Below are positions 37,636 to 49,543 of a stretch of DNA of 49,714 nucleotides, in pieces. Each line of letters starts with the position of its first letter. Positions within the stretch are counted from its first letter, which is position 1. The notes under the pieces were generated by a model, which was given only the letters and a program-made list of their open reading frames with translations, searched no databases and had not been told where the DNA came from. Made by a program: the position numbers and the translations under genes. The DNA comes from a virus (Duplodnaviria; Heunggongvirae; Uroviricota; Caudoviricetes), in IMG/VR virus record IMGVR_UViG_643348544_000005; one strand, given 5' to 3'.

Positions 37636-37961
37636 AAACCTTTCGCTGGAAAGTGAAGCCGGATATGGAGGTGAACTCGCAGCCATCGGTGCGTGAAGTG
37701 CGTTTTGGTGACGGGTACTCACAGCGTATGGCGGCAGGGCTGAATGCTGACCTGAAAACATACAGGGTGACGCTTTCCGTGACCCGGGAGGAGGCCCGGC
37801 ATCTGGAAGCGTTCCTGGCAGAGCACGGTGGCTGGAAGGCATTTTTGTGGAAGCCACCCTATGCATACCGGCAGATAAAGGTGACCTGTGCCGGGTGGTC
37901 TGCACGGGTCGGGATGTTGCGCGTTGAGTTCAGCGCGGAGTTTAAGCAGGTGGTGAACTGA
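37632..37961 (+). CDS. M: Minor tail protein M
   Basis: 109 aa; matches lambda gpM. Confidence 0.9.
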   Translation: MKTFRWKVKPDMEVNSQPSVREVRFGDGYSQRMAAGLNADLKTYRVTLSVTREEARHLEAFLAEHGGWKAFLWKPPYAYRQIKVTCAGWSARVGMLRVEFSAEFKQVVN

Positions 37962-38659
37962 TGCAGGATATTCGCGAAGAAAGTCTGAACGAGTCGGTTA
38001 AGTCAGAGCAGTCACTGCGGGTGGTACTCTGGGAAATCGACCTGACGGTACAGGGTGGTGAGCGGTATTTTTTCTGTAATGAGCTGAATGAAAAAGGGGA
38101 GCCGGTCACCTGGCAGGGGCGTAAGTATGAGGCATACCCGATTGACGGCAGCGGCTTTGAGATGAACGGCCGGGGCAGCAGTGCCAGACCGTCGCTGACG
38201 GTGTCCAATCTGTTCGGTCTGGTCACCGGGATGGCGGAAGACCTGCAGAGTCTGGTGGGGGCCACGGTGGTCCGCCGCCGGGTGTATGCCCGTTTTCTGG
38301 ATGCGGTGAATTTCGTTGCGGGCAATCCGGAGGCGGACCCGGAGCAGGAGCTGAGTGACCGCTGGGTGGTGGAGCAGATGTCGCAGCTGACAGCCATGAC
38401 GGCCTCGTTTGTGCTGGCTACACCGACCGAGACGGACGGGGCGCTGTTTCCCGGTCGCATCATGCTGGCGAACACCTGTATGTGGGATTACCGGGGAGAT
38501 GAATGCGGGTATAACGGTCCTGCGGTGGCGGATGAGTTCGACAACCCCACCACGGATATCCGTAAGGACAGATGCAGCAAGTGCATGCGCGGGTGTGAAC
38601 TGCGCAGGAATGTCGGCAATTTTGGCGGTTTCCTTTCCATTAATAAACTTTCGCAGTAA
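37961..38659 (+). CDS. L: Minor tail protein L
   Basis: 232 aa; matches lambda gpL (…CMWDYRGDECGYNGPAVAD…). Confidence 0.9.
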   Translation: MQDIREESLNESVKSEQSLRVVLWEIDLTVQGGERYFFCNELNEKGEPVTWQGRKYEAYPIDGSGFEMNGRGSSARPSLTVSNLFGLVTGMAEDLQSLVGATVVRRRVYARFLDAVNFVAGNPEADPEQELSDRWVVEQMSQLTAMTASFVLATPTETDGALFPGRIMLANTCMWDYRGDECGYNGPAVADEFDNPTTDIRKDRCSKCMRGCELRRNVGNFGGFLSINKLSQ

Positions 38660-38669
38660 ATCCCGGTTT

Positions 38670-39413
38670 ATGACACAGACTGAATCAGCGATTCTGGCGC
38701 ATGCCCGGCGGTGTGCGCCTGCGGAGTCGTGCGGCTTCGTGATAAGCACGCCGGAGGGGGAGTGGTATATCCCTTGTGTGAATATTTCTGCAGAGCCGGA
38801 GGCGTATTTTCGTATCGCACCGGAAGACTGGCTGCGGGCAGAGATGCAGGGGGAGATTGTGGCACTGGTCCACAGTCATCCCGGTGGGCTGCCCTGGCTG
38901 AGCGAGGCTGACCGGCGGCTGCAGATAAAAAGCGCACTGCCCTGGTGGCTGGTCTGCCGGGGTGACATTCACAAATTCCGCTGTGTGCCACATCTGACAG
39001 GACGGCGCTTTGAGCACGGGGTGACGGACTGTTACACGCTGTTCCGGGATGCTTATCATCTGGCGGGGACTGAGATGCCGGATTTTCATCGCGAGGATGA
39101 CTGGTGGCGCAACGGTCAGAACCTTTACCTGGACAATATGGCGGTCACCGGCTTTTACCGGGTGCCCCTGTCCTCTGCACAGGTGGGCGATATTCTGCTG
39201 TGCTGCTTTGGTGCTTCGGTACCGAACCATGCCGCCATTTACTGCGGCAACGGTGAGCTGCTTCACCATCTGCCTGAACAACTGAGTAAACGGGAGAGGT
39301 ATTCCGAAAAATGGCAACGACGAACGCATTCTGTCTGGCGTCACCGCCACTGGCACGCATCTGCCTTCACGGGGATTTACAACGATTTGGCCGCCGCCTC
39401 AGCCTGTATGTGA
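38670..39413 (+). CDS. K: Tail assembly protein K (NlpC/P60-like)
   Basis: Frame from ATG 38670 (MTQTESAILAHARRCAPAESCGFV…) matches lambda gpK. Confidence 0.85.
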   Translation: MTQTESAILAHARRCAPAESCGFVISTPEGEWYIPCVNISAEPEAYFRIAPEDWLRAEMQGEIVALVHSHPGGLPWLSEADRRLQIKSALPWWLVCRGDIHKFRCVPHLTGRRFEHGVTDCYTLFRDAYHLAGTEMPDFHREDDWWRNGQNLYLDNMAVTGFYRVPLSSAQVGDILLCCFGASVPNHAAIYCGNGELLHHLPEQLSKRERYSEKWQRRTHSVWRHRHWHASAFTGIYNDLAAASACM

Positions 39414-39991
39414 ACACGGCAGCGGAAGCCATTCGCGCCCTGTCGATGCAGATGCCGGGCTTTCGCCGTCAGATGAACGAAGGCTGGTACCAGATACGTA
39501 TTGCCGGTTATGACACGGCACCGGAGGCGGTGTACGCCCGTCTTCACGAACAGCTGGGTGAGGGAACGGTCATCCACATTGTGCCGCGACTGGCCGGGGC
39601 CGGAAAGGGTGGACTGCAGATTGTGCTGGGGGCGGCAGCCATCGTGGGCTCTTTCTTCACTGCCGGGGCATCAATGGCGTTATGGGGTTCAGCCCTGGCA
39701 GCCGGTGGTTTTTCTGCCACCACGATGCTGTTTTCACTTGGAGCCAGCATGATTCTGGGCGGTGTGGCCCAGATGCTGGCCCCGAAGGCAAAAACACCGG
39801 ATTACCGCGCAACGGATAACGGCAGACAGAACACGTACTTTTCCTCGCTGGATAACATGATTGCCCAGGGGAACCCGATGCCGGTGCCTTACGGGGAAAT
39901 GCTGGTTGGCTCCCGCCGTATATCCCAGGACATCAGCACCCGTGATGAAGGCGGGGGCGGAAAGGTCGTGGTTATCGGGCGACAGGGATAA
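39311..39991 (+). CDS. I: Tail assembly protein I
   Basis: 226 aa; matches lambda gpI. Confidence 0.85.
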   Translation: MATTNAFCLASPPLARICLHGDLQRFGRRLSLYVNTAAEAIRALSMQMPGFRRQMNEGWYQIRIAGYDTAPEAVYARLHEQLGEGTVIHIVPRLAGAGKGGLQIVLGAAAIVGSFFTAGASMALWGSALAAGGFSATTMLFSLGASMILGGVAQMLAPKAKTPDYRATDNGRQNTYFSSLDNMIAQGNPMPVPYGEMLVGSRRISQDISTRDEGGGGKVVVIGRQG

Positions 39992-40333
39992 AACATAAAA
40001 AAATCCCGCAGTGATCGCGGAGCTGCGGGGACAGACAAATGAAGATCAATGTGAAGGAGTTGTTTTTGTTACTCGGGCAAAAAAACACTAACGCAGCGAA
40101 ATTATAAGCGCCACAGTCAGTGTGTGAAAATGTGAAGATATTCAGAATTTTTATGCCATTACCGGTTTTAACCAACAGGATTATCGGTGGGCATGAAAGA
40201 AAACCCCGGTATCTGCTGATACCGGGGTTTCTCTTTAGCATGGCAGAAATGTGTTTCATGCTTTTCGGGCGAAGGATATCCGACTTCTGTACGGAATGGC
40301 AAGTGGCGGTTAATTTATTCAGGGGAAGGCTGT

Positions 40334-43300
40334 ATGGGAAAAGGTGGCGGTAAGGCACACACGCCTCGTGAGGCGAAGGATAATCTCAAATCCACGCAGA
40401 TGATGAGTGTGATTGATGCGATTGGTGAGGGACCGATAGAAGGTCCGGTGAAGGGACTGCAGAGTATTCTGGTGAACAAAACCCCACTGACGGACACGGA
40501 CGGCAATCCCGTGATACACGGTGTGACGGCGGTCTGGCGCGCCGGGGAGCAGGAGCAGACACCACCGGAAGGCTTTGAGTCCTCCGGAGCTGAAACCGGA
40601 CTGGGCGTGGAAGTGACGAAGGCAAAACCGGTGACGCGCACCATTACGTCCGCGAACATTGACCGCCTGCGGGTTACCTTCGGGGTGCAGTCACTGGTGG
40701 AGACCACGTCAAAGGGTGACCGTAATCCGTCCTCTGTCCGTCTGCTGATTCAGTTACAGCGTAACGGTAACTGGGTGACAGAAAAGGATGTCACCATTAA
40801 CGGCAAGACCACCTCACAGTTCCTGGCCTCGGTGATTCTGGATAATCTGCCTCCCCGCCCCTTTAACATCCGGATGGTCAGGGAGACGGCGGACAGCACC
40901 ACGGACCAGCTGCAGAACAGAACGCTGTGGTCGTCATACACCGAAATCATCGATGTGAAACAGTGCTACCCGAACACGGCCATTGTGGGGATGCAGGTGG
41001 ATGCGGAGCAGTTTGGTGGTCAGCAGATGACGGTGAACTACCATATCCGCGGTCGCATCATCCAGGTGCCGTCAAACTATGACCCGGAAAAACGCACGTA
41101 CAGTGGTATCTGGGACGGCAGTCTGAAACCGGCATACAGCAACAATCCGGCCTGGTGTCTGTGGGACATGCTGACTCACCCGCGCTACGGCATGGGAAAA
41201 CGTCTGGGGGCGGCGGATGTGGACAAGTGGGCGCTGTATGCCATCGGGCAGTACTGCGACCAGATGGTCCCGGATGGTTTCGGGGGGACAGAGCCGCGGA
41301 TGACCTTTAATGCGTACCTGGCACAACAGCGTAAGGCGTGGGACGTTCTCAGTGATTTCTGCTCTGCGATGCGCTGTATGCCGGTATGGAACGGTCAGAC
41401 GCTGACGTTCGTTCAGGACCGCCCGTCGGATGTGGTGTGGCCGTACACCAACAGCGATGTGGTGGTGGATGATAACGGCGTGGGATTCCGCTACAGCTTC
41501 AGTGCCCTGAAGGACCGGCACACGGCGGTGGAGGTGAATTACACCGACCCGCAGAACGGCTGGCAGACCTCCACGGAACTGGTGGAAGACCCGGAAGCCA
41601 TACTGCGCTACGGACGCAACCTGCTGAAGATGGACGCGTTCGGCTGTACCAGCCGCGGTCAGGCCCACCGTGCCGGACTGTGGGTGATAAAGACCGAACT
41701 GCTGGAAACGCAGACGGTGGATTTCACGCTCGGGTCTCAGGGGCTGCGGCACACACCCGGTGACATCATTGAAATCTGTGATAACGACTATGCCGGGATC
41801 CTGACCGGCGGACGTGTCCTGTCCATTGATGCTGCCACCCGCACCCTGACGCTGGACCGTGAGGTTACCCTGCCGGAGACCGGTGCCGCCACGGTGAACC
41901 TGATTAACGGCAGCGGTAAGCCGGTGAGTGTGGACATCACCGAACACCCCGCGCCGGACCGGATACAGGTCAGTACCCTGCCTGATGGTGTGGAGACATA
42001 CGGGGTGTGGGGACTCTCCCTGCCGTCACTGCGCCGTCGCCTGTTCCGCTGTGTCTCCATCCGGGAAAACACGGACGGCACCTTTGCCATCACGGCGGTG
42101 CAGCACGTACCGGAAAAAGAAGCCATCGTGGATAACGGTGCCCGCTTTGAGCCGCAGTCAGGCTCCCTGAACAGCGTCATCCCACCGGCAGTACAGCACC
42201 TGACGGTGGAGGTGAGCGCAGCTGACGGCCAGTATCTGGCGCAGGCTAAATGGGACACGCCGCGGGTGGTGAAGGGCGTGCGCTTCAGTCTGCGCCTGAC
42301 CAGTGGTAAGGGAACGGATGCCAGACTGGTGACCACCGCCATCACCGCAGACACGGAGCACCGTTTCAGCGGCCTGCCGCTCGGGGAATACACCCTGACG
42401 GTGCGGGCGATAAACAGCTATGGCCAGCAGGGTGAGCCTGCCACCACCACCTTCCGGATTGCCGCACCGGCAGCACCGTCGCGGATTGAGCTGACGCCGG
42501 GCTATTTTCAGATAACCGCCACGCCGCATCTTGCCGTTTATGACCCGACGGTACAGTTTGAGTTCTGGTTCTCGGAAAAGCGGATTGCGGATATCAGGCA
42601 GGTTGAAACCGCAGCCCGCTATCTTGGCTCGGCGCTGTACTGGATAGCTGCCAGTATCAATATCAAACCGGGCCATGATTATTATTTTTATATCCGCAGT
42701 GTGAATACTGTTGGCAAATCGGCATTCGTGGAGGCTGTCGGTCGGGCGAGCGATGATGCGGAAGGTTACCTGGATTTTTTCAAAGGAGAAATCGGGAAAA
42801 CACATCTGGCCCAGGAGCTGTGGACGCAGATTGATAACGGTCAGCTTGCGCCGGACCTGGCTGAAATCAGGACGTCCATTACGAATGTCAGCAATGAAAT
42901 CACGCAGACCGTCAATAAAAAACTGGAAGACCAGAGTGCGGCAATCCAGCAGATACAGAAAGTTCAGGTTGATACAAATAATAACCTGAACAGCATGTGG
43001 GCCGTGAAACTGCAGCAGATGAAGGACGGACGCCTTTATATTGCGGGTATCGGTGCCGGTATTGAGAACACCCCTGACGGCATGCAGAGTCAGGTGCTTC
43101 TGGCTGCTGACCGGATTGCGATGATTAATCCTGCGAATGGCAACACAAAGCCGATGTTTGTTGGTCAGGGCGATCAGATATTCATGAACGACGTGTTCCT
43201 GAAACGCCTGACGGCTCCGACCATTACCAGCGGCGGTAATCCTCCGGCATTTTCCCTGACACCGGACGGGCGGCTGACGGCGAAAAATGCCGATATCAGC

Positions 43301-43807
43301 GGTAACGTGAATGCGAACTCCGGGACGCTCAACAACGTCACGATTAACGAGAACTGTCGGGTTCTGGGAAAATTGTCCGCCAACCAGATTGAAGGCGATC
43401 TCGTTAAAACAGTGGGCAAAGCTTTCCCCCGGGACTCCCGTGCACCGGAACGGTGGCCATCAGGGACCATCACCGTCAGGGTTTATGACGATCAGCCGTT
43501 TGACCGGCAGATTGTTATTCCGGCGGTGGCATTCAGCGGCGCTAAACATGAGCGGGAGAATAACGATATTTATTCGTCATGCCGCCTGATAGTACGGAAA
43601 AACGGTGCTGAAATTTATAACCGTACCGCGCTGGATAATACGCTGATTTACAGTGGTGTTATTGATATGCCAGCTGGTCGCGGCCACATGACGCTGGAGT
43701 TTTCGGTGTCAGCATGGCTGGTGAATAACTGGTATCCCACAGCAAGTATCAGCGATTTGCTGGTTGTGGTGATGAAGAAAGCCACCGCAGGCATCAGTAT
43801 CAGCTGA
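40334..43807 (+). CDS. J: Tail tip/central fibre host-specificity protein J
   Basis: 1157 aa; N-terminus [37 protein letters not shown]… and overall length match lambda gpJ. Confidence 0.9.
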   Translation: MGKGGGKAHTPREAKDNLKSTQMMSVIDAIGEGPIEGPVKGLQSILVNKTPLTDTDGNPVIHGVTAVWRAGEQEQTPPEGFESSGAETGLGVEVTKAKPVTRTITSANIDRLRVTFGVQSLVETTSKGDRNPSSVRLLIQLQRNGNWVTEKDVTINGKTTSQFLASVILDNLPPRPFNIRMVRETADSTTDQLQNRTLWSSYTEIIDVKQCYPNTAIVGMQVDAEQFGGQQMTVNYHIRGRIIQVPSNYDPEKRTYSGIWDGSLKPAYSNNPAWCLWDMLTHPRYGMGKRLGAADVDKWALYAIGQYCDQMVPDGFGGTEPRMTFNAYLAQQRKAWDVLSDFCSAMRCMPVWNGQTLTFVQDRPSDVVWPYTNSDVVVDDNGVGFRYSFSALKDRHTAVEVNYTDPQNGWQTSTELVEDPEAILRYGRNLLKMDAFGCTSRGQAHRAGLWVIKTELLETQTVDFTLGSQGLRHTPGDIIEICDNDYAGILTGGRVLSIDAATRTLTLDREVTLPETGAATVNLINGSGKPVSVDITEHPAPDRIQVSTLPDGVETYGVWGLSLPSLRRRLFRCVSIRENTDGTFAITAVQHVPEKEAIVDNGARFEPQSGSLNSVIPPAVQHLTVEVSAADGQYLAQAKWDTPRVVKGVRFSLRLTSGKGTDARLVTTAITADTEHRFSGLPLGEYTLTVRAINSYGQQGEPATTTFRIAAPAAPSRIELTPGYFQITATPHLAVYDPTVQFEFWFSEKRIADIRQVETAARYLGSALYWIAASINIKPGHDYYFYIRSVNTVGKSAFVEAVGRASDDAEGYLDFFKGEIGKTHLAQELWTQIDNGQLAPDLAEIRTSITNVSNEITQTVNKKLEDQSAAIQQIQKVQVDTNNNLNSMWAVKLQQMKDGRLYIAGIGAGIENTPDGMQSQVLLAADRIAMINPANGNTKPMFVGQGDQIFMNDVFLKRLTAPTITSGGNPPAFSLTPDGRLTAKNADISGNVNANSGTLNNVTINENCRVLGKLSANQIEGDLVKTVGKAFPRDSRAPERWPSGTITVRVYDDQPFDRQIVIPAVAFSGAKHERENNDIYSSCRLIVRKNGAEIYNRTALDNTLIYSGVIDMPAGRGHMTLEFSVSAWLVNNWYPTASISDLLVVVMKKATAGISIS

Positions 43808-43825
43808 ATTTTATAACCCATATAC

Positions 43826-43850
43826 GGGCGCCAGAAATGGCGCCTTTTTT
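43826..43850 (+). terminator. Intrinsic terminator after J
   Basis: GGCGCC-AGAAAT-GGCGCC followed by TTTTTT. Confidence 0.6.
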
Positions 43851-43874
43851 ATTGCAGAAAAGCGAGAGGTAATT

Positions 43875-44474
43875 ATGCGTAAAGTTTGTGCAGTCATTTT
43901 GTCCGCAGCCATCTGTCTGTCCGTATCCGGTGCGCCTGCATGGGCGTCTGAACATCAGTTCACACTGAGCGCGGGGTATCTTCATGCCCGTACGAACGCT
44001 CCCGGCAGTGATAATCTGAACGGGATTAACGTGAAATACCGTTATGAGTTTACGGACGCGCTGGGGCTGATTACGTCCTTCAGTTATGCCAATGCTGAGG
44101 ATGAGCAAAAAACGCACTACAGCGATACCCGCTGGCATGAAGATTCCGTGCGTAACCGCTGGTTCAGCGTGATGGCGGGGCCGTCTGTACGCGTGAATGA
44201 ATGGTTCAGCGCGTATTCGATGGCGGGTGTGGCTTACAGCCGTGTGTCGACTTTCTCCGGGGATTATCTCCGCGTAACTGACAACAAGGGGAAAACGCAC
44301 GATGTGCTGACCGGAAGTGATGACGGTCGCCACAGCAACACGTCTCTGGCGTGGGGGGCTGGCGTGCAGTTTAACCCGACCGAATCCGTGACCATTGACC
44401 TTGCTTATGAAGGTTCCGGTAGTGGCGACTGGCGAACGGATGCATTTATTGTTGGTATCGGATACCGTTTCTGA
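43875..44474 (+). CDS. lom: Lom/Ail-family outer membrane protein
   Basis: 199 aa with signal peptide; C-terminal …DLAYEGSGSGDWRTDAFIVGIGYRF matches lambda Lom. Confidence 0.85.
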   Translation: MRKVCAVILSAAICLSVSGAPAWASEHQFTLSAGYLHARTNAPGSDNLNGINVKYRYEFTDALGLITSFSYANAEDEQKTHYSDTRWHEDSVRNRWFSVMAGPSVRVNEWFSAYSMAGVAYSRVSTFSGDYLRVTDNKGKTHDVLTGSDDGRHSNTSLAWGAGVQFNPTESVTIDLAYEGSGSGDWRTDAFIVGIGYRF

Positions 44475-44580
44475 CAACAGACGCCGATTTATCTTCTGTA
44501 AATATTGTTATGATACGCAGGTTCATCCACTTTATGGGGTGAACTGCGTTTGAGGAAACGTAAAGTTACACTGTCCTGAA

Positions 44581-44611
44581 GCCCGTGGCGTCACTGCTGC
44601 GGGCTTTTTTT
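44581..44611 (+). terminator. Intrinsic terminator after lom
   Basis: GCCCGTGGC…GCTGCGGGC hairpin followed by TTTTTTT. Confidence 0.55.
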
Positions 44612-44625
44612 ATTGGTGGAAAAGT

Positions 44626-47600
44626 ATGACAGTAAAAATTTCTGGCGTGCTTAAAGATGGCACAGGAAAACCAGTACAGAACTGCACCATTGTGCTGAAG
44701 GCCAGACGAACCAGCAGCACGGTGGTGGTGAACACGGTGGCCTCTGAAAATCCGGATGAAGCCGGACGTTACAGCATGGATGTTGAGCATGGTCAGTACA
44801 GCGTCACCCTGCTGGTTGAAGGTTTTCCGCCTTCACATGCCGGGACCATTACCGTCTATGAAGGTTCCAGACCAGGTACGCTGAATGATTTTCTCGGTGC
44901 CATGACGGAGGATGATGTCCGACCGGAGGCACTGCGCCGCTTTGAGCAGATGGTGGAAGAGGTGTCACGTAACGCCTCCGCGGTTGCACAGAATACGGCA
45001 GCCGCGAAAAAATCAGCCAGCGATGCCAGTGCATCAGCCAGCGAGGCGGCAACTCATGCAACCGATGCTGCAGCCTCAGCACGTGCCGCCAGCACGTCAG
45101 CCGGACAGGCCGCGTCGTCGGCTCAGTCAGCGTCTTCCAGCGCAGGAACGGCATCGACAAAGGCCCGTGAAGCAGCAAAAAGTGCTGCTGCTGCAGAGTC
45201 ATCAAAAAGCGCGGCAGCTACCAGCGCCAGTGCCGCGAAAACGTCAGAAACGAATGCCGCAGCATCACAAAAATCGGCAGCCACTTCTGCATCCACAGCG
45301 ACCACGAAGGCGTCAGAAGCTGCCACCTCGGCACGGGGTGCGGCGGCCTCAAAAGAGGCAGCGAAATCTTCAGAAACGAATGCATCATCAAGTGCCAGTA
45401 GTGCAGCTTCCTCGGCAACGGCGGCAGGAAATTCCGCGAAGGCGGCAAAGACGTCCGAGACGAACGCCAGGTCTTCTGAAACGGCAGCGGGACAGAGTGC
45501 CTCAGCTGCGGCAGGCTCAAAAACAGCGGCTGCATCATCTGCCAGTGCCGCGTCAACAAGTGCCGGGCAGGCCTCAGCCAGTGCCACCGCCGCCGGAAAA
45601 TCGGCAGAAAGCGCCGCATCATCCGCTTCAACAGCCACAACGAAGGCTGGCAAAGCCACTGAACAGGCCAGTGCAGCAGCAAGGTCTGCTTCCGCAGCGA
45701 AGACATCCGAGACGAACGCGAAAGCGTCGGAAACCAGCGCAGAATCCTCAAAAACGGCTGCCGCATCGTCCGCCAGTTCGGCGGCGTCATCGGCATCATC
45801 GGCGTCAGCTTCAAAAGATGAGGCGACCAGACAGGCGTCAGCAGCGAAGGGCAGCGCCACGACAGCATCCACGAAGGCGACAGAGGCAGCTGGCAGTGCG
45901 ACGGCGGCAGCACAGAGCAAAAGTACGGCGGAATCCGCGGCAACGCGCGCCGAGACAGCGGCAAAACGGGCAGAGGATATTGCATCCGCCGTGGCGCTTG
46001 AGGATGCAAGTACGACGAAAAAGGGGATAGTACAGCTCAGCAGTGCGACCAACAGCACATCTGAAACGCTTGCCGCGACACCGAAGGCAGTTAAAGCAGC
46101 GAATGACAATGCGAATGGCAGGGTACCATCTAACCGAAAAGTTAACGGGAAAGCACTGACTGCGGATATAACATTAACACCGAAAGATATTGGCACTTTA
46201 AATTCAGTAACGATCTCTTTCTCTGGCGGGGCAGGGTGGTTCAAACTGGCAACGGTTACCATGCCACAAGCGAGTTCCATCGTTTACATCGCATTGATTG
46301 GTGGCGCTGGTTACAACGTCGGCTCCCCACAGCAGGCAGGCATTTCAGAACTGGTTCTACGAGCAGGCAATGGAAAGCCCAAAGGGATTACCGGAGCTTT
46401 GTGGAAGCGTACAGCCGTCGGATTAACGAATTTCGCCTGGATCAACACATCCGGCGATACATATGATATTTACGTTGAGATTGGCAATTATGCGACGAGT
46501 GTAAATATCCATTGGGATTGTACTACAAATGCGTCAGTTTCTATTTATACCTCGCCAACATATTCAGCGAGTAAGCCTTCCAGCGTTACCGGTGGTGTTG
46601 TTTATACGATGTATAGCTCACATCAGAAACCTACACCATCAGATATTGGAGCGCTGCCAACGACTGGAGGGACTATTTCAGGTCCGTTGTCTGTTACTGA
46701 TGGGATCACCGGGGCACTGAAGGGGAACGCCGATACCGCGACGAAACTTGCGGCAGCCCCAAAAATTAACGGTGTTAAGTTTGATGGCTCGGCGGATATT
46801 AACCTCACGTCGGAAAATATTGGTGCATTTGCCCGACGTTCGACGGGGGCTTATGCGGATTCGGATGGAGCCGTTCCCTGGAATGCCGAATCAGGCGCTT
46901 ACAATGTCACCCGCTCTGGCGACAGCTATATTCTGGTTAACTTCTATACCGGAGTCGGAAGTTGCCGGACCCTGCAGATGAAGGCGCATTACAGAAATCG
47001 TGGTCTGTTCTACCGTTCTTCAAGAGACGGTTATGGTTTTGAGGAAGACTGGGCAGAAGTTTATACCTCGAAAAATCTTCCACCAGAAAGCTACCCAGTT
47101 GGCGCACCAATCCCGTGGCCATCAGATACCGTTCCGTCTGGTTATGCCCTGATGCAGGGGCAGACTTTTAACAAATCTGCCTACCCGAAACTTGCAGCCG
47201 CTTATCCGTCAGGCGTGATCCCTGATATGCGTGGCTGGACGATTAAGGGCAAACCTGCCAGTGGTCGGGCCGTATTGTCTCAGGAACAGGACGGCATTAA
47301 ATCGCATACCCACAGCGCCAGCGCATCCAGTACGGATTTGGGGACGAAAACCACATCGTCGTTTGATTACGGCACTAAATCCACGAATAACACCGGGGCG
47401 CATACGCACAGTCTGAGTGGCTCTACGGGGTCTGCCGGTGTTCATACTCATGGTAATGGTATTCGTTGGCCAGGAGGCGGCGGTTCTGCGTTAGCATTTT
47501 ATGATGGCGGTGGGTTCACTTATGTCCAGAATTCACAGTATCAAGTAAGCCCGGGGACTTCTTCCTATAGATCGTATTATCAACGTATTCAGACACAGTC

Positions 47601-47796
47601 AGCAGGTGCTCATACCCACTCGCTGTCTGGTACTGCAGCAAGTTCTGGCGCACATGCACATACTGTAGGTATTGGTGCGCATACGCACTCCGTTGCGATT
47701 GGTTCACATGGACACACCATCACCGTTAACGCTGCGGGTAACGCGGAAAACACCGTCAAAAACATCGCATTTAACTATATTGTGAGGCTTGCATAA
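44626..47796 (+). CDS. stf: Side tail fibre protein Stf
   Basis: 1056 aa; N-terminus [28 protein letters not shown]… and C-terminus …[29 protein letters not shown] match lambda Stf; long Ala/Ser-rich low-complexity repeat region. Confidence 0.85.
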   Translation: MTVKISGVLKDGTGKPVQNCTIVLKARRTSSTVVVNTVASENPDEAGRYSMDVEHGQYSVTLLVEGFPPSHAGTITVYEGSRPGTLNDFLGAMTEDDVRPEALRRFEQMVEEVSRNASAVAQNTAAAKKSASDASASASEAATHATDAAASARAASTSAGQAASSAQSASSSAGTASTKAREAAKSAAAAESSKSAAATSASAAKTSETNAAASQKSAATSASTATTKASEAATSARGAAASKEAAKSSETNASSSASSAASSATAAGNSAKAAKTSETNARSSETAAGQSASAAAGSKTAAASSASAASTSAGQASASATAAGKSAESAASSASTATTKAGKATEQASAAARSASAAKTSETNAKASETSAESSKTAAASSASSAASSASSASASKDEATRQASAAKGSATTASTKATEAAGSATAAAQSKSTAESAATRAETAAKRAEDIASAVALEDASTTKKGIVQLSSATNSTSETLAATPKAVKAANDNANGRVPSNRKVNGKALTADITLTPKDIGTLNSVTISFSGGAGWFKLATVTMPQASSIVYIALIGGAGYNVGSPQQAGISELVLRAGNGKPKGITGALWKRTAVGLTNFAWINTSGDTYDIYVEIGNYATSVNIHWDCTTNASVSIYTSPTYSASKPSSVTGGVVYTMYSSHQKPTPSDIGALPTTGGTISGPLSVTDGITGALKGNADTATKLAAAPKINGVKFDGSADINLTSENIGAFARRSTGAYADSDGAVPWNAESGAYNVTRSGDSYILVNFYTGVGSCRTLQMKAHYRNRGLFYRSSRDGYGFEEDWAEVYTSKNLPPESYPVGAPIPWPSDTVPSGYALMQGQTFNKSAYPKLAAAYPSGVIPDMRGWTIKGKPASGRAVLSQEQDGIKSHTHSASASSTDLGTKTTSSFDYGTKSTNNTGAHTHSLSGSTGSAGVHTHGNGIRWPGGGGSALAFYDGGGFTYVQNSQYQVSPGTSSYRSYYQRIQTQSAGAHTHSLSGTAASSGAHAHTVGIGAHTHSVAIGSHGHTITVNAAGNAENTVKNIAFNYIVRLA

Positions 47797-48380
47797 TGGC
47801 ATTCAGAATGAGTGAACAAGCACGGACCATAAAAATTTATAATCTGCTGGCCGGAACTAATGAATTTATTGGTGAAGGTGACGCATATATTCCGCCTCAT
47901 ACAGGTCTGCCAGCAAACAGTACCGATATTGCACCGCCAGATATTCCGGCTGGCTTTGTGGCTGTTTTCAACAGTGATGAGGCATCGTGGCATCTCGTTG
48001 AAGATCATCGGGGTAAAACGGTTTATGACGTAGCTTCCGGCGACGCGTTATTTATTTCTGAACTCGGCTTATTACCGGAAAATGTTACCTGGTTATCGCC
48101 AGAAGGGGAGTTTCAGAAGTGGAACGGCACAACCTGGGTGAAAGATGCAGAAGCAGAAAAACTGTTCCGGATCCGGGAGGCGGAAGAAACAAAAAACAAC
48201 CTGATGCAGGTAGCCAGTGAGCATATTGCGCCGCTTCAGGATGCTGCAGATCTGGAAATTGCAACGGAGGAAGAAACCTCATTGCTGGAAGCCTGGAAAA
48301 AGTATCGGGTGTTGCTGAACCGTGTTGATACATCAACTGCACCTGATATTGAGTGGCCTACGAACCCTGTCAGGGAGTAA
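47796..48380 (+). CDS. tfa: Tail fibre assembly protein Tfa
   Basis: 194 aa; [54 protein letters not shown]… matches lambda Tfa; start overlaps stf stop (TAATG). Confidence 0.85.
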   Translation: MAFRMSEQARTIKIYNLLAGTNEFIGEGDAYIPPHTGLPANSTDIAPPDIPAGFVAVFNSDEASWHLVEDHRGKTVYDVASGDALFISELGLLPENVTWLSPEGEFQKWNGTTWVKDAEAEKLFRIREAEETKNNLMQVASEHIAPLQDAADLEIATEEETSLLEAWKKYRVLLNRVDTSTAPDIEWPTNPVRE

Positions 48381-48434
48381 TCATTGGGATTATGCCGCAG
48401 CACGTCTTAAGCAAGAACGTGCTGCGGTTGGATG

Positions 48435-49103
48435 CTATTTTTTCCCTGAAGCGGAAAACATTACTACAGTACCTTGAACCTTGGTTTTAACATTCTCGAA
48501 ATGCTCTGAGAGTATATGTGTTAAGCCTTCTTCGGAATCTTTTGTGTTTGAAAAGATGCCTTTCTGATTGTAAATGCGCATCAGTTTTTGACCGAAGCTA
48601 TTGTGCACAACTCCATCGCCAAGAATTGTGGCTCCGTATAGAGTTCCATCGTCAGTTAAGGCCTGCGCCGCATTGCGTATTACACAGCTTTTTGTAGATA
48701 TATTTCCAGGCAGGCAGTGAAGAAGGTAAAACATGGAAATGGAATCAAATTGACCATGTAACGCCGCGGGATAAGGTTCAAAAACATCATGGCTAATTTT
48801 ATGTTTAATTTTTGATTCCCCAGCCCTTGTAGATGCCGCGTTCAGGCTAGCTTCGTTCAAATCCATTAAAGATATCAGACTACTCTCAGGTACGTGAGTA
48901 AGGTAAAACCCAGTTCCAACACCAATATCCAGATGGTTGTTACCTACATGTTCCAGAAAGTGTGGAAGAAGGTGTTCCTTTGTAGGACATCCCCATGCAA
49001 GCCGATTTGATACTCCCAAAACCCACCAGTCATAAAGCTTTAGGGTAAGTGGTGTGTAAATTTTAGCCCCATCATCTGTGTTTTTTTTCATTGATTTCAC
49101 CAT
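48435..49103 (-). CDS. Class I SAM-dependent methyltransferase (cassette between tfa repeats)
   Basis: 222-aa ORF (ATG 49103; alternative ATG 49091 has better GGTGA SD); SAM motif …HLDIGVGTGFY… and acidic …ISLMDLNE…; AT-rich; opposite strand to tail-fibre genes. Confidence 0.65.
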   Translation of the reverse strand: MVKSMKKNTDDGAKIYTPLTLKLYDWWVLGVSNRLAWGCPTKEHLLPHFLEHVGNNHLDIGVGTGFYLTHVPESSLISLMDLNEASLNAASTRAGESKIKHKISHDVFEPYPAALHGQFDSISMFYLLHCLPGNISTKSCVIRNAAQALTDDGTLYGATILGDGVVHNSFGQKLMRIYNQKGIFSNTKDSEEGLTHILSEHFENVKTKVQGTVVMFSASGKK

Positions 49104-49159
49104 GTTATAGTTTTATTTGTGAATTAAATCAATTATGGCGATGAATTACAAGGGGTTAA

Positions 49160-49429
49160 ATGCTGCCGCAGCATAGCGATATTGAAATAGCCTGGTATGC
49201 TTCGATACAGCAGGAGCCGAATGGCTGGAAGACCGTCACCACACAGTTCTACATCCAGGAATTCAGTGAGTATATTGCGCCACTGCAGGATGCTGTAGAT
49301 CTGGAAATCGCAACGGAGGAAGAAAGATCGTTGCTGGAGGCATGGAATAAATATCGGGTATTGTTGAATCGTGTTGATACATCAACTGCACCTGATATTG
49401 AGTGGCCTGCAAATCCTGTCAGGGAGTAA
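49160..49429 (+). CDS. Tfa C-terminal-domain homologue (short second tail-fibre-assembly-like gene)
   Basis: 89 aa, ATG 49160 with AAGGGG SD; C-terminal 50 aa (…[51 protein letters not shown]) nearly identical to the Tfa C-terminus at 48222-48380. Confidence 0.55.
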   Translation: MLPQHSDIEIAWYASIQQEPNGWKTVTTQFYIQEFSEYIAPLQDAVDLEIATEEERSLLEAWNKYRVLLNRVDTSTAPDIEWPANPVRE

Positions 49430-49543
49430 TCATTGGGATTATGCCGCAGACACGTCGTATGCAGGAACGTGCTGCGGTTAGTTTGTGAGCTTTCGATAGT
49501 GGTTGTTATTTTTGCCCTTATTTGTTCCGGAGGCCATGGTTCA

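Noticed and set aside
35535-37905. Multiple minus-strand ORFs (95-199 aa) antisense to tape-measure gene H
   Set aside because: Antisense to a gene with strong lambda H homology; Ala/Pro/Arg-rich translations typical of antisense GC-rich frames.
40120-40353. 77-aa plus-strand ORF in the I-J spacer
   Set aside because: Reads through a perfect 9-bp hairpin/terminator and has no RBS; spacer treated as structured non-coding DNA.
41072-42805. Minus-strand ORFs of 201-291 aa antisense to J
   Set aside because: Antisense artefacts within the host-specificity gene; no start context.
44912-46280. Long overlapping ORFs on both strands (372 aa plus-strand; 385 and 263 aa minus-strand) inside stf
   Set aside because: They lie in the Ala/Ser-rich low-complexity repeat region of the side tail fibre gene; GC-rich repetitive codons keep alternative frames open. 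The stf frame has clear lambda Stf N- and C-terminal matches.
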